Source of the DNA: an uncultured Fidelibacterota bacterium | GTDB taxonomy: Bacteria; Fidelibacterota; Marinisomatia; Marinisomatales; TCS55 | NCBI GenBank assembly: GCA_950063985.1 | Contig: CATMBH010000001.1 | Location: 1 to 32,060, forward strand | Direction of reading: 5' to 3' | Length of the DNA stretch: 32,060 nt | Part shown: positions 17,908 to 27,571 of the stretch, in pieces | Position numbering within the stretch: the stretch's first letter is position 1 | Layout: each line of letters starts with the position of its first letter | The notes under the pieces: model-generated | Seen by the model: only the letters and a program-made list of their open reading frames with translations | Database searches by the model: none | Told to the model about the DNA's origin: nothing | Translations under genes and position numbers: made by a program

Positions 17908-18710
17908 TGTCAGATTCAAGACCTATTGGTGTTTTTGATTCGGGACTGGGCGGCCTGACTGTTGTCAAATCCTTATGTTCTCTCTTACCGAATGAATCCA
18001 TTGTTTATTTTGGTGATACAGCTCGAGTGCCATATGGCAATAAGAGCAAAGAATTGATCCTGGAATACTCCAAAGAAATCACAGATTTTTTGATAAAACA
18101 TGATGCAAAAATGGTTGTAGTAGCCTGCAATACGGCTTCGGCACTGGCGTTAGATGAATTACAGAAACATAGCCCTATACCAGTGCTTGGAGTCATTAAG
18201 CCTGGCGCTACAGAAGCTATTAAAGCGACGAGCAATAATCATATTGGCATCATTGGTACTGTAGCAACAATATCATCAAAAGCGTATGAAAAAGCATTGC
18301 ATGGATTAAACGGGAATATTCAAACGAGCTCACAAGCCTGTCCATTATTGGTTCCCTTGGCCGAAGAAGGCTGGTTGGAGGGCGATGTAGCAAATACCAT
18401 TGTGAATCATTATTTATCACCTTTGAATGATAACAAGATCGATACACTTATTTTGGGTTGTACACACTATCCTCTTTTAAAAGATGTAATCGCAAGCCAA
18501 GTAAATGATGGAACAGTGTTAATTGATTCAGCCGCTGCAGTTGCCAGAGCAGTTAAGAAAAGTCTGTCGGACTCTGATGAACTGAATGACAGCGATGAAA
18601 AGGGAGCACTGACTTGTTTTGTCAGTGATATACCTATGCGTTTTGAATCAGTAGGCCAGCGATTTTTAGGCGCCCCCATGGATCATGTCCAGACAATTCA
18701 TGGCATCTGA
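17907..18710 (+). CDS. murI: Glutamate racemase
   Basis: GVFDSGLGGLTV, DTARVPYG, VACNTAS, LGCTHYP. Confidence 0.98.
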   Translation: MSDSRPIGVFDSGLGGLTVVKSLCSLLPNESIVYFGDTARVPYGNKSKELILEYSKEITDFLIKHDAKMVVVACNTASALALDELQKHSPIPVLGVIKPGATEAIKATSNNHIGIIGTVATISSKAYEKALHGLNGNIQTSSQACPLLVPLAEEGWLEGDVANTIVNHYLSPLNDNKIDTLILGCTHYPLLKDVIASQVNDGTVLIDSAAAVARAVKKSLSDSDELNDSDEKGALTCFVSDIPMRFESVGQRFLGAPMDHVQTIHGI

Positions 18711-19950
18711 TTTCCAGAAACTTCTAAAGGATTTATATAGTTTACAACGTTTAGGAATTAAAACAGGGCTGGAACACACGCAACAATTACTTGATGCATG
18801 TGGAAACCCTCATCATCAATTAAAATTTATCCACTTGGCGGGAACCAATGGAAAAGGGTCAACCGCAGCATTTATCTTATCTATCTTGCGCGCCACTGGG
18901 TTAAAAGTTGGTTTGTATTCGTCACCTCATCTAGTACGGTTCAACGAACGTATTCGGGTGAATGGGGTTCCCATAGCTGATGAAAAGATCGTTGAATATA
19001 TGAAATTATTTTCCGCGGATATTCGACGTATTGAGAGCACATTTTTTGAAACGACATCCGCCATGGCTTTTTGGTACTTTAAGCAAAAAAAAGTCGATGT
19101 TGCTGTTATAGAAACAGGCTTGGGAGGACGGCTGGATTCTACAAATGTAATTGAACCGAAAATTGCTGTCATCACACCTATAAGCATGGACCATAGTGAT
19201 CTCTTGGGAAATGAACTAAAATCTATCGCTCGGGAAAAAGCAGGAATCATTAAAGAAAAAACACCGGTTATCAGTAGTCATCAGGAAAATGCTGTAAAAA
19301 ACGTACTAGTGCAAAAAGCAGCAGAGGTAGATGCGTATTTAATGTTTGTTGATTCACCCACCGATTGCACCATATCAATGGCTGGAACTTTTTTTCGTCA
19401 AGATGATTTAGATTATCAATTAACTCTTATAGGTGAACATCAAGCACAGAATGCATCCTTAGCGGTTGCAGCAGTAAGGGAATTCGGAAGTCCAGTTAAT
19501 GATGATCACATTAGAATTGGTTTACTTAATGCAACTTGGCCAGGGCGATTTCAGGTTTTATCCAACGATCCGCATGTTATTTATGATGTAGCACATAATG
19601 AACAGGGCATCAAGTCTATACTAAAAACTGTAAATAATATATTTGAGAAAAAGCCCATAGGTTTATTTGCACATAAGGAAGATAAAGAATTAGAACTTAT
19701 TGCGAATGTGATACGCGGGAAATTTGGAAAATTATTGGTTATGGACGACGAACAGGGATTATTGATGAGATCAGAAACTTTATCTATGAACTTAAGTAAA
19801 CATGGTATCGCAGCAGAACTGATGAAACGATTTGACGATTTTACATCATATTTACTCAACGGCCACCCCGGTATCATATTTGGTTCACATTACATGGCAA
19901 AACCTGTTTTTGAGCATTTTCAATTTCCCTTTGACACAGGAGTGATTTAG
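18700..19950 (+). CDS. folC: Folylpolyglutamate synthase / dihydrofolate synthase
   Basis: AGTNGKGST, SPHL..FNERI, ETGLGGRLDSTN, WPGRF, DVAHN. Start is 18700 or 18685. Confidence 0.96.
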   Translation: MASDFQKLLKDLYSLQRLGIKTGLEHTQQLLDACGNPHHQLKFIHLAGTNGKGSTAAFILSILRATGLKVGLYSSPHLVRFNERIRVNGVPIADEKIVEYMKLFSADIRRIESTFFETTSAMAFWYFKQKKVDVAVIETGLGGRLDSTNVIEPKIAVITPISMDHSDLLGNELKSIAREKAGIIKEKTPVISSHQENAVKNVLVQKAAEVDAYLMFVDSPTDCTISMAGTFFRQDDLDYQLTLIGEHQAQNASLAVAAVREFGSPVNDDHIRIGLLNATWPGRFQVLSNDPHVIYDVAHNEQGIKSILKTVNNIFEKKPIGLFAHKEDKELELIANVIRGKFGKLLVMDDEQGLLMRSETLSMNLSKHGIAAELMKRFDDFTSYLLNGHPGIIFGSHYMAKPVFEHFQFPFDTGVI

Positions 19951-19958
19951 AGTAATTT
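19931..19958 (+). promoter_or_regulatory. Putative sigma70 promoter for rho, overlapping the folC 3' end
   Basis: Perfect TTGACA (19931-36), 16 bp spacer, TAATTT (19953-58). Confidence 0.5.
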
Positions 19959-20052
19959 CAACGCTGTAAGCGCCTGCTCCCGCAGGGGCATCACTTTTTA
20001 GACAAATTTTAAAATTCAACTTTAACACATATTCAATTGGAGTTATTTATAT

Positions 20053-21300
20053 ATGGATGTTAATCAATTACAATCCTTGAACATAAAAGAGTTGGCAAAA
20101 GTGGCCCAGGATCTAGAAATCGCGGGTTATTCCGGTTTGAATAAACAGGAATTGATTGTCAACATATTGGAAACACAAAATGAAAAAGAAGGTGTTTTAC
20201 ACTCCAAGGGTGTTCTAGAAGTATTAAATGAAGGCTACGGTTTTCTGCGCAGCCCCGATTTTAACTATTTACCCGGTCCCGATGACATTTATGTAAGCCC
20301 TTCACAGATCAAGCGCTTCGGCCTGCGAACGGGTCATTCTGTATATGGACAGATTCGTAAACCGAAGGATAAAGAACGGTTTTATGCACTGTTAAAAATG
20401 GAAACTGTGAATGACAAAAGTCCGGATCATGTCAAACAGACAATCCTTTTTGATAAACTGACCCCGCTTTATCCTGAAGAAAAATTCAACCTCGAATTTG
20501 ATCCGAAAGACTTATCTACTCGAATCATGGATCTTATTTCACCCATCGGCAAAGGTCAACGTGGACTGATTGTTGCTCAGCCTAAAACGGGTAAAACGAT
20601 ATTACTGCAGAAAATAGCTAATGCACTTTTGAAAAATCATCCAAAGGTAAAATTAATCATTTTACTTATTGATGAACGTCCTGAAGAAGTCACAGACATG
20701 AAACGTCATGTGGATGCTGAAGTGGTCAGTTCAACATTTGACGAACCTCCGGAACGGCACGTGGCTGTGGCAGACATGGTCCTGCAGAAAACAAGACGCA
20801 TGGTGGAATACGGCGATGATGTAGTTATCCTGCTTGACAGTTTGACGCGCTTGGGAAGAGCCCATAATGCAGTTATTCCCCACAGTGGAAAGATTCTTTC
20901 CGGGGGCGTGGATTCCAATGCACTGAAAAAGCCAAAACAATTTTTTGGAGCAGCTCGGAATACTGAAGAAAGCGGCAGTCTGACAATTATTTCTACCGCT
21001 CTCATTGATACTGGCAGCCGCATGGACGAAGTAATCTTCGAAGAGTTTAAAGGTACCGGCAATATGGAATTGGTGTTGGACCGACGCTTAAGCGATCGTA
21101 GGGTTTATCCTTCCTTTGATATAATCCGCTCTGGGACAAGAAAAGAAGAATTATTGTTGGATAAAAAAATATTAGCGCGCATGTGGATACTGCGAAAACT
21201 GCTTAATGAGATGAATGTTATTGAAGCCATGGAGTTTATGCTGACGAGGATGAAGCGAACAAAATCGAATGAAGAATTTATGGAAACAATGAGCCAGTAA
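20053..21300 (+). CDS. rho: Transcription termination factor Rho
   Basis: [62 protein letters not shown]. Confidence 0.99.
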   Translation: MDVNQLQSLNIKELAKVAQDLEIAGYSGLNKQELIVNILETQNEKEGVLHSKGVLEVLNEGYGFLRSPDFNYLPGPDDIYVSPSQIKRFGLRTGHSVYGQIRKPKDKERFYALLKMETVNDKSPDHVKQTILFDKLTPLYPEEKFNLEFDPKDLSTRIMDLISPIGKGQRGLIVAQPKTGKTILLQKIANALLKNHPKVKLIILLIDERPEEVTDMKRHVDAEVVSSTFDEPPERHVAVADMVLQKTRRMVEYGDDVVILLDSLTRLGRAHNAVIPHSGKILSGGVDSNALKKPKQFFGAARNTEESGSLTIISTALIDTGSRMDEVIFEEFKGTGNMELVLDRRLSDRRVYPSFDIIRSGTRKEELLLDKKILARMWILRKLLNEMNVIEAMEFMLTRMKRTKSNEEFMETMSQ

Positions 21301-21360
21301 GTTTAATTTCAACTGAAAGGTGTAGAACTTTTTAATATATTTAGCTTATGAGGTATATAT

Positions 21361-22350
21361 ATGGAATATAGCAGTCCTCCAATTCGGACAGTTATTGCTC
21401 GAATAATAACTGATAAACCAGTTAGAAAAACACCTTATCAAGTCAAAGGTGTCTTTATGCGCCAGTTCCCTGATTTAGAGATTGTGCCAATGATGGATGG
21501 TACGTTTAGAGACCGATTTTTGTACCCCCGTGTTCAGATTAAAATACTGAATGAGCAAGTATATATGATTGGAATTCATGAAGGTGTAGATCCTATCGTT
21601 GAATTAGCTGGGCGGTTGGATATTTTAGATTTTGGGAACATTACTTTTCAAGTGTTTGATACGGAAGTAAATGTAAAAGATGACCAGTTCAAAGCTGTTG
21701 ATCGGTTAATTCGTTATCGCTTATTGACACCGTGGGTGGCCTTGAATCAGATGACAGGCAGCCGCTATCGATTTTTGAATAACAATGAGCGTATCGGGTT
21801 TTTGAACCGTTTGCTAGGACAAAATATTGTTTTTTTATCCCGGGAAATGGGAGTAGAACTTCAGGACAAAATTTTCACAAAAGTAAATTTGACATCTATG
21901 TTTCCTAAACCGGTAGATGAACGTAACTGGGGAGCTTTTTCTGGAGAATTTAGAACTAATTTTCTTCTACCAAATTACTTGGGTATTGGCAACGGTATTA
22001 CACGTGGTTATGGTGCTGTGTACGGGATGTTTAACCCACAATCGTTTCAGTTTGATGAAACCAGTCTACGAGAACAGAATAAAGATGGAGCTCAATCTCA
22101 ATCTGAAGGTATGGCTGTATCAGAGTTAGAAGGAGTAACTGTAGAAGATGTTCCAAAACCTAAACGACACATAGCCAAAAAGCGTAAAACGAAAAAAAGA
22201 ACAAAAAAAGTGCTGACAGAGGAATTTGACATTGTGGAAAATAAAGTTCCTGTGCTTCCAGAACCAAAGCAGGATAAAAAAGAATATATTAATCCTGAAG
22301 ACGACAAATTTAACAGTCCCGAATTTCATAAAAAGCAGCACAAACTTTAA
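21361..22350 (+). CDS. Stand-alone Cas6b-like RAMP protein with ~105 aa C-terminal low-complexity extension
   Basis: LYPRVQIK (cf. YP..QYK), Y...TPWVALNQ, L..LL.QNI..LS...G, F.GEF.TNFLLPNYLGIGNGITRGYG (Cas6 glycine-rich loop). No CRISPR array or other cas gene in the window. Confidence 0.8.
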   Translation: MEYSSPPIRTVIARIITDKPVRKTPYQVKGVFMRQFPDLEIVPMMDGTFRDRFLYPRVQIKILNEQVYMIGIHEGVDPIVELAGRLDILDFGNITFQVFDTEVNVKDDQFKAVDRLIRYRLLTPWVALNQMTGSRYRFLNNNERIGFLNRLLGQNIVFLSREMGVELQDKIFTKVNLTSMFPKPVDERNWGAFSGEFRTNFLLPNYLGIGNGITRGYGAVYGMFNPQSFQFDETSLREQNKDGAQSQSEGMAVSELEGVTVEDVPKPKRHIAKKRKTKKRTKKVLTEEFDIVENKVPVLPEPKQDKKEYINPEDDKFNSPEFHKKQHKL

Positions 22351-23562
22351 GTGACTCCCCAAACTGTAAAACTGGCGTCCCGGGTTGCGCGGATAAAGCC
22401 TTCGTTTACCCTGGAAATGGCTACGAAGGCTGCTGAAATGAGATCCCAAGGAATTGATGTGATTAATTTCAGTGTTGGTGAACCTGATTTCAACACACCG
22501 GAACACATCATTGCAGCCGGGAAAGCAGCCATGGACGCTGGCTTCACAAAGTATACAGCCGGCCCCGGGATGATTGAGCTGCGCCAAGCCATTTGTGAAA
22601 AACTTAAACGTGAAAATGGTTTAGAATACACACCTTCTGAAATCCTCGTTTCCAATGGTGAAAAGCAAAGTTTATATAATGCCTGTCAGGTATTGTTTGA
22701 TAAAGGAGATGAAGTCATTATCTTTGTTCCCTACTGGGTATCTTTCCCTGAATTTGTACGCCTTGCAGATGCTGAACCGGTTTTAATTGATACACTACCC
22801 GATAAACAATTTGAAGCAGATTTTGACGATCTTGAAAAAAAGATAACACCTGCAATAAAAGGTGTGATAGTCAATTCACCTTCAAATCCTACGGGTGGGG
22901 TATGGGGGGTAAAGGCCTTGATCCGCTTATTGAAAATGGCTGTGCAGCATGACTGGACCGTGATTTCAGATGAATGTTATGAACGTCTGGTGTTTGATGG
23001 AGAATTTATCAGTATAGAAAAGCTTAATCGTGACCATAATATAGGTGCTCGAGTTGTTACCTGTTTGAGTCTTTCTAAAACTTACGCCATGACAGGCTGG
23101 CGAATCGGATATGCAGCTGGGAATGAAATAATCATAAAGGCAATGAGTAAGATACAAGGTCAGTCAACGTCCTGCGCAAATTCGATTGGACAGCGGGCCG
23201 GTATCGCTGCTTTAACAGGTGATCAGCAGCCTGTAGAAGACATGCGCATACAATTCAGAGAGCGCCGTGATCTGATGGTTAAGCTGTTAAATGACATACC
23301 AAGGGTCTCCTGTGCAACACCTGGAGGGGCCTTTTATACATTCCCAAATTTTTCTGAATATATTGGGAAAAAAGCAAATGGAAAAGTTATTCAGGATTCT
23401 TTCGACCTGAGTGAATATATATTAACTTCGGAGGCTGTAGTCACGGTACCTGGAGATGGTTTTGGTGCACCGGGGCATATAAGATTTTCGTGTGCCACAG
23501 ATAAAGAGACGATAAAACGAGGTTTATCGAAGGTGGCAAGCGTTTTAGAAAAATTAATTTAA
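22351..23562 (+). CDS. PLP-dependent aminotransferase class I/II (aspartate aminotransferase-like)
   Basis: GEPDFNTP, NSPSNPTG, SDECY, SLSKTYAMTGWRIGY, GAFY. Confidence 0.95.
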   Translation: MTPQTVKLASRVARIKPSFTLEMATKAAEMRSQGIDVINFSVGEPDFNTPEHIIAAGKAAMDAGFTKYTAGPGMIELRQAICEKLKRENGLEYTPSEILVSNGEKQSLYNACQVLFDKGDEVIIFVPYWVSFPEFVRLADAEPVLIDTLPDKQFEADFDDLEKKITPAIKGVIVNSPSNPTGGVWGVKALIRLLKMAVQHDWTVISDECYERLVFDGEFISIEKLNRDHNIGARVVTCLSLSKTYAMTGWRIGYAAGNEIIIKAMSKIQGQSTSCANSIGQRAGIAALTGDQQPVEDMRIQFRERRDLMVKLLNDIPRVSCATPGGAFYTFPNFSEYIGKKANGKVIQDSFDLSEYILTSEAVVTVPGDGFGAPGHIRFSCATDKETIKRGLSKVASVLEKLI

Positions 23563-23574
23563 AGGGGTTTTATA

Positions 23575-23781
23575 ATGAAACAGGGAATACATCCCGACTA
23601 TATACTTGGCAAGGTACATTGTGCCTGTGGACATACATTTGAAGTATACAGTACTTTGGGTGACCAGCGGATCGATATCTGCTCAGTCTGTCATCCTTTC
23701 TTTTCAGGAAAGCAGAAACTGGTAGACACAGCTGGTCGTATTGAAAAATTTAGAGAGAAATACGCCAAAGCAGCCCAGTAA
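23575..23781 (+). CDS. rpmE: 50S ribosomal protein L31, zinc-binding type
   Basis: [36 protein letters not shown]. Confidence 0.98.
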   Translation: MKQGIHPDYILGKVHCACGHTFEVYSTLGDQRIDICSVCHPFFSGKQKLVDTAGRIEKFREKYAKAAQ

Positions 23782-23796
23782 CTAAACAAAAAGTAT

Positions 23797-23840
23797 AATG
23801 GCTCCGGGAACAGGTATATCCTTTTTGGAGCCATTTTTTT
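23797..23840 (+). terminator. Intrinsic terminator-like hairpin after rpmE
   Basis: AATGGCTCC (23797-805) pairs with GGAGCCATT (23827-35), with extra internal pairing and a following T run. Confidence 0.75.
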
Positions 23841-23868
23841 GTCTATGAAACACTTGATATTAACCATA

Positions 23869-24807
23869 ATGAAACCATCCATCCTTGTTGGCGGTCAAGC
23901 CGTCATTGAAGGTGTAATGATGCGCGTGCCGGGAGCCTATGCCACGGCTGTGCGCGATCCTGAAGGAAAGGTTCACGTGGATAAACATGATTTCACATCG
24001 CGAGTGCAAACATCAGGTTTCTGGAAAAGACCCATCCTGCGGGGTATAATGGCTTTATTCGAATCCATGAAAATGGGAATGAAAACTTTACAGTGGTCAG
24101 CGGATATTGCTATGCCTGAGGAAGCAGAAAAACAACCTGGCAAACTTGCAAGTTTGTTTTCAACATTATTTGCTGTTTTATTAGCCGTCAGCATGTTTGT
24201 TGTGGCTCCTTTAGGGCTAACTACATGGCTTTTGGATATTGAAACAGATGCATTGGTTTTTAACCTGATTTCAGGATTATTCCGCATATCTTTTTTTATT
24301 CTGTATTTATTGGCTATATCCATGATGAAAGATGTAAAACGTCTATTTCGCTACCATGGGGCGGAGCATCGTGTTGTATTCAACTTTGAATCCGGACAAG
24401 ATGTTAATGTTGATAACGCACAATCTTTCTCTACATATCATCCCCGCTGCGGGACAAGTTTTATGTTCATTGTACTTTTATCAGCTATCCTTGTGTTTGC
24501 CTTGATAGACACAATTGTTATGGCCATATTTGGTGAAATCACCATTTTTCATCGCTTGGCCTTTCATCTGCCGCTGATGCCACTGGTTGCAGGAATTTCC
24601 TATGAGATTATTAAAATAACAGCCCGTAAAGATGAATCATTGTTCTTTAGGTCTTTACGTGCGCCGGGATTGTGGTTGCAGCGCATTACGACACAACCAC
24701 CCGAAGATGATATGGTGGATGTGGCCATCACTGCATTGCAAAGTGCCTTTGGCGATAAATATAATGAAATGATTGGCAAGGAATACACAGCTGAGGCTAT
24801 CGGGTGA
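23869..24807 (+). CDS. DUF1385 membrane protein
   Basis: [38 protein letters not shown]; usual neighbour of rpmE/prfA/prmC. ATG 23869 is preferred as the start. Confidence 0.93.
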   Translation: MKPSILVGGQAVIEGVMMRVPGAYATAVRDPEGKVHVDKHDFTSRVQTSGFWKRPILRGIMALFESMKMGMKTLQWSADIAMPEEAEKQPGKLASLFSTLFAVLLAVSMFVVAPLGLTTWLLDIETDALVFNLISGLFRISFFILYLLAISMMKDVKRLFRYHGAEHRVVFNFESGQDVNVDNAQSFSTYHPRCGTSFMFIVLLSAILVFALIDTIVMAIFGEITIFHRLAFHLPLMPLVAGISYEIIKITARKDESLFFRSLRAPGLWLQRITTQPPEDDMVDVAITALQSAFGDKYNEMIGKEYTAEAIG

Positions 24808-25865
24808 AAGATAAAATAGAAACAGTCATTGCCCGCCATGAAGAATTAAACAATTTATTAGCAGATCCTGCTGTTGTGAATGATCATGACAAGTTAAAAG
24901 AAACAGCACAGGAACATAGTCAATTAGCTCCAATTGTACTCAAAGGACAGGAATATTTAGTGGTACTACAGCATTTAGCTGATGATGAAGAAATCCTTGC
25001 AGGGGATGATGATGAATTAAAAGAAATCGCACAGGAAGAATTATCTGGACTTAAGGGGAAAAAAGTCAAATTGGAAAATGAATTAAAATTCATGCTTCTA
25101 CCAAAAGATCCTAATGATAACAAAAATACCATTGTTGAAATTCGGGCCGGAACAGGCGGCGATGAGGCAGCATTATTTGCAGCAGACCTCTATCGTCTTT
25201 ATAGACGGTTTGCTGAACGCAATAGCTGGAAATGTGAAGTGATGGCAATGAATGATACCGGGATTGGCGGTTATAAAGAGGTCATTTTTTCAATTAAGGG
25301 TAATGGCGCTTACGGACTCATAAAATATGAAAGCGGTGTGCACCGTGTTCAGCGCGTTCCCAAAACAGAGTCTGGTGGGCGAGTACACACATCAGCTGCA
25401 ACTGTGGCCGTACTTCCTGAGGCAGAAGAAGCAGAAATTGAAATAAATGAAGGCGATTTGAAAATTGATACATTCCGGGCCAGCGGTGCCGGCGGACAGC
25501 ACGTCAATAAAACAGAATCAGCCATTCGTATTACACACATTCCATCAGGTTTAGTTGTCTCTTGCCAGGATGAAAAATCGCAGCATCAGAATAGGATATT
25601 AGCTATGAAAGTGTTGCGCTCAAGATTGTTGGCTCAAGAACAAGAACGATTAGCTCAAGAACGTGCTAATACACGAAAGTCCATGGTTTCTACCGGTGAT
25701 AGGTCAGTAAAGATTCGCACATACAATTTCCCCCAAGGGCGAATTACAGATCACCGCATCAATTATACTGCCTATAACCTTGAAAGTGTAATGGATGGAG
25801 ATATTTCTGAATTAATTGAACAGTTAAAATTGTCGGAACAGCAGGAACAGCTGTCTGGCGATTAA
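24804..25865 (+). CDS. prfA: Peptide chain release factor 1
   Basis: [19 protein letters not shown] (PxT motif), [24 protein letters not shown]. Confidence 0.98.
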   Translation: MKDKIETVIARHEELNNLLADPAVVNDHDKLKETAQEHSQLAPIVLKGQEYLVVLQHLADDEEILAGDDDELKEIAQEELSGLKGKKVKLENELKFMLLPKDPNDNKNTIVEIRAGTGGDEAALFAADLYRLYRRFAERNSWKCEVMAMNDTGIGGYKEVIFSIKGNGAYGLIKYESGVHRVQRVPKTESGGRVHTSAATVAVLPEAEEAEIEINEGDLKIDTFRASGAGGQHVNKTESAIRITHIPSGLVVSCQDEKSQHQNRILAMKVLRSRLLAQEQERLAQERANTRKSMVSTGDRSVKIRTYNFPQGRITDHRINYTAYNLESVMDGDISELIEQLKLSEQQEQLSGD

Positions 25866-26729
25866 ATGGTCACTGTCCCCCAAGACGGCCAAATCACAAA
25901 CTGGCTGCACTGGTCAGCTGCAGAACTTGTACATTCACTAGAAGACAATAAACAGGAAGCCGAGTGGCTTTTATCGTCTTTATTAAATTGTTCTAAATCT
26001 GAATTATATCTTCAGAAAAATGAACTTTCTAAAGAGCAATGTGAACTGTTCCAAGATTGGATCAGCAGGCGTATAAAGGGCGAGCCCGCACAATATATAG
26101 CCGGTTGGACTGAATTTTATGGCCACCGTTTTAATGTAAACAAATCTGTTCTAATACCCCGAGCTGAAACTGAAATATTGGTAGATGTAGCTATTTATAC
26201 ACTCCAGGAATTAGAAAAACATCAGATCGTAGATATTGGTACAGGATCTGGGTGTATTGCCATTTCTGTGGCAGCTGAAATTCCCTCTGCGAGTGTTCTG
26301 GGGTTGGATATATCTCCGGAAGCATTGGTAACAGCTGAAGAGAATGCCTCTATAAACAAACTATTAAATGTGCAATTTTTACAAACAGACTTCTTACAGT
26401 TTACGCCCTCCGAGCCCGTATACGATGGCTTACTCATGAACCCGCCGTATATTCCAACAAATGAGATGGATACACTAATGAAAGAAGTCCGTGATTATGA
26501 GCCCGATCTGGCATTAACGGATCATGAAGATGGCTTAACGTTCTACAGGCACTTGGCTGACACGGCTCAAAAATGGGTGCATCCTGGCGGCTGGCTCATT
26601 TTGGAAGTAGGTCTTGGTGAACACCCGCAAAAAGCCACCGCTTGTTTTGATACTAAAGGGTTTGCTCAATTGGAGCTTATTGCTGATTTTAATACAGATG
26701 ATCGCATCCTCAAAGTGCAGGTGGTATGA
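25866..26729 (+). CDS. prmC: Release factor glutamine methyltransferase
   Basis: GEP.QYI.G, VLIPRAETE, DIGTGSGCIA, NPPYI; follows prfA. Confidence 0.96.
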   Translation: MVTVPQDGQITNWLHWSAAELVHSLEDNKQEAEWLLSSLLNCSKSELYLQKNELSKEQCELFQDWISRRIKGEPAQYIAGWTEFYGHRFNVNKSVLIPRAETEILVDVAIYTLQELEKHQIVDIGTGSGCIAISVAAEIPSASVLGLDISPEALVTAEENASINKLLNVQFLQTDFLQFTPSEPVYDGLLMNPPYIPTNEMDTLMKEVRDYEPDLALTDHEDGLTFYRHLADTAQKWVHPGGWLILEVGLGEHPQKATACFDTKGFAQLELIADFNTDDRILKVQVV

Positions 26730-27571
26730 AAATGCTCTGGCACCACATAGAACTTCTACGCCCCTTAAACTTGCTTACCTCGGCCCTTGCCATGGTGGTC
26801 TGCGCCAGCATTATGGATGGACTGCATGAAACGAAGATACTTTTGGTTACTATCTTCGTAGTGGTTTGTTATAATGCCGCTGCCAATGCCTATAATGATG
26901 TAATGGATTATAAAACGGACGTGGTTAATCGTCCGCGGCGCCCCTTGGTAACAGGGCAAGTAAAAATAAAAATGGCAAGGGCCATTGCCATATTACTGTT
27001 TGTAATTGGCAGCGTGTTGACTTTAGAACTTAGTAAATCAGCACAGTTTATCGCCATTGGCCTGGCCCTCCCCACCATGATCATTTACAGCAAATTCCTG
27101 AAGGGTACTCCTTTAATTGGTAATGCCGTTGTGGCTATTATCTTGGGCTTGGCGTTTATTTTCTCCGGTGCTGCTTTTGGTCAAATAGAAACCATGATCA
27201 TACCATCATGTTTAGCCTTTGGACTCACCTTTCTCCGAGAGTTTGTTAAAGACATGGCAGATATTGAAGGCGACTCAAAAGCAGGTTTAAATACATTTCC
27301 TACAAAAGTCGGATTAGAAAAATCTGCAAAATTCGCAATTGTTTCAGCATTGATTATTGGAGCTGGAGCTCTTTTCCCTTATTTAAACGGTTATTACGAT
27401 ATCCCTTATTTGGTTGTCCTTTTTTTAGGAGTAGAAATACCTTTGTTAATGATTGTATTTTCATTCCTGAAATCGCCTGAAATTGATCAGGCAAAACGAT
27501 TTTCCGAGGTATTAAAATTCAGTACAATCGCAGGATTAATGGCTTTTTTCGTAGATAATTATGTCCGCTGA
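26726..27571 (+). CDS. UbiA family prenyltransferase, DGGGP-synthase-like
   Basis: RP.N, NDVMDYKTDVVNRPRRPLVTG, YSKFLKGTPLIGN, REFVKDMADIEGD...G..T.P. Confidence 0.85.
   Translation: MKMLWHHIELLRPLNLLTSALAMVVCASIMDGLHETKILLVTIFVVVCYNAAANAYNDVMDYKTDVVNRPRRPLVTGQVKIKMARAIAILLFVIGSVLTLELSKSAQFIAIGLALPTMIIYSKFLKGTPLIGNAVVAIILGLAFIFSGAAFGQIETMIIPSCLAFGLTFLREFVKDMADIEGDSKAGLNTFPTKVGLEKSAKFAIVSALIIGAGALFPYLNGYYDIPYLVVLFLGVEIPLLMIVFSFLKSPEIDQAKRFSEVLKFSTIAGLMAFFVDNYVR

Noticed and set aside
22098-23157. Minus-strand ORFs over the Cas6-like tail and the aminotransferase
   Set aside because: They are antisense to well-supported genes and show no recognisable motifs. The same applies to the short shadow ORFs inside yidC, rho, folC, prfA and dnaE.
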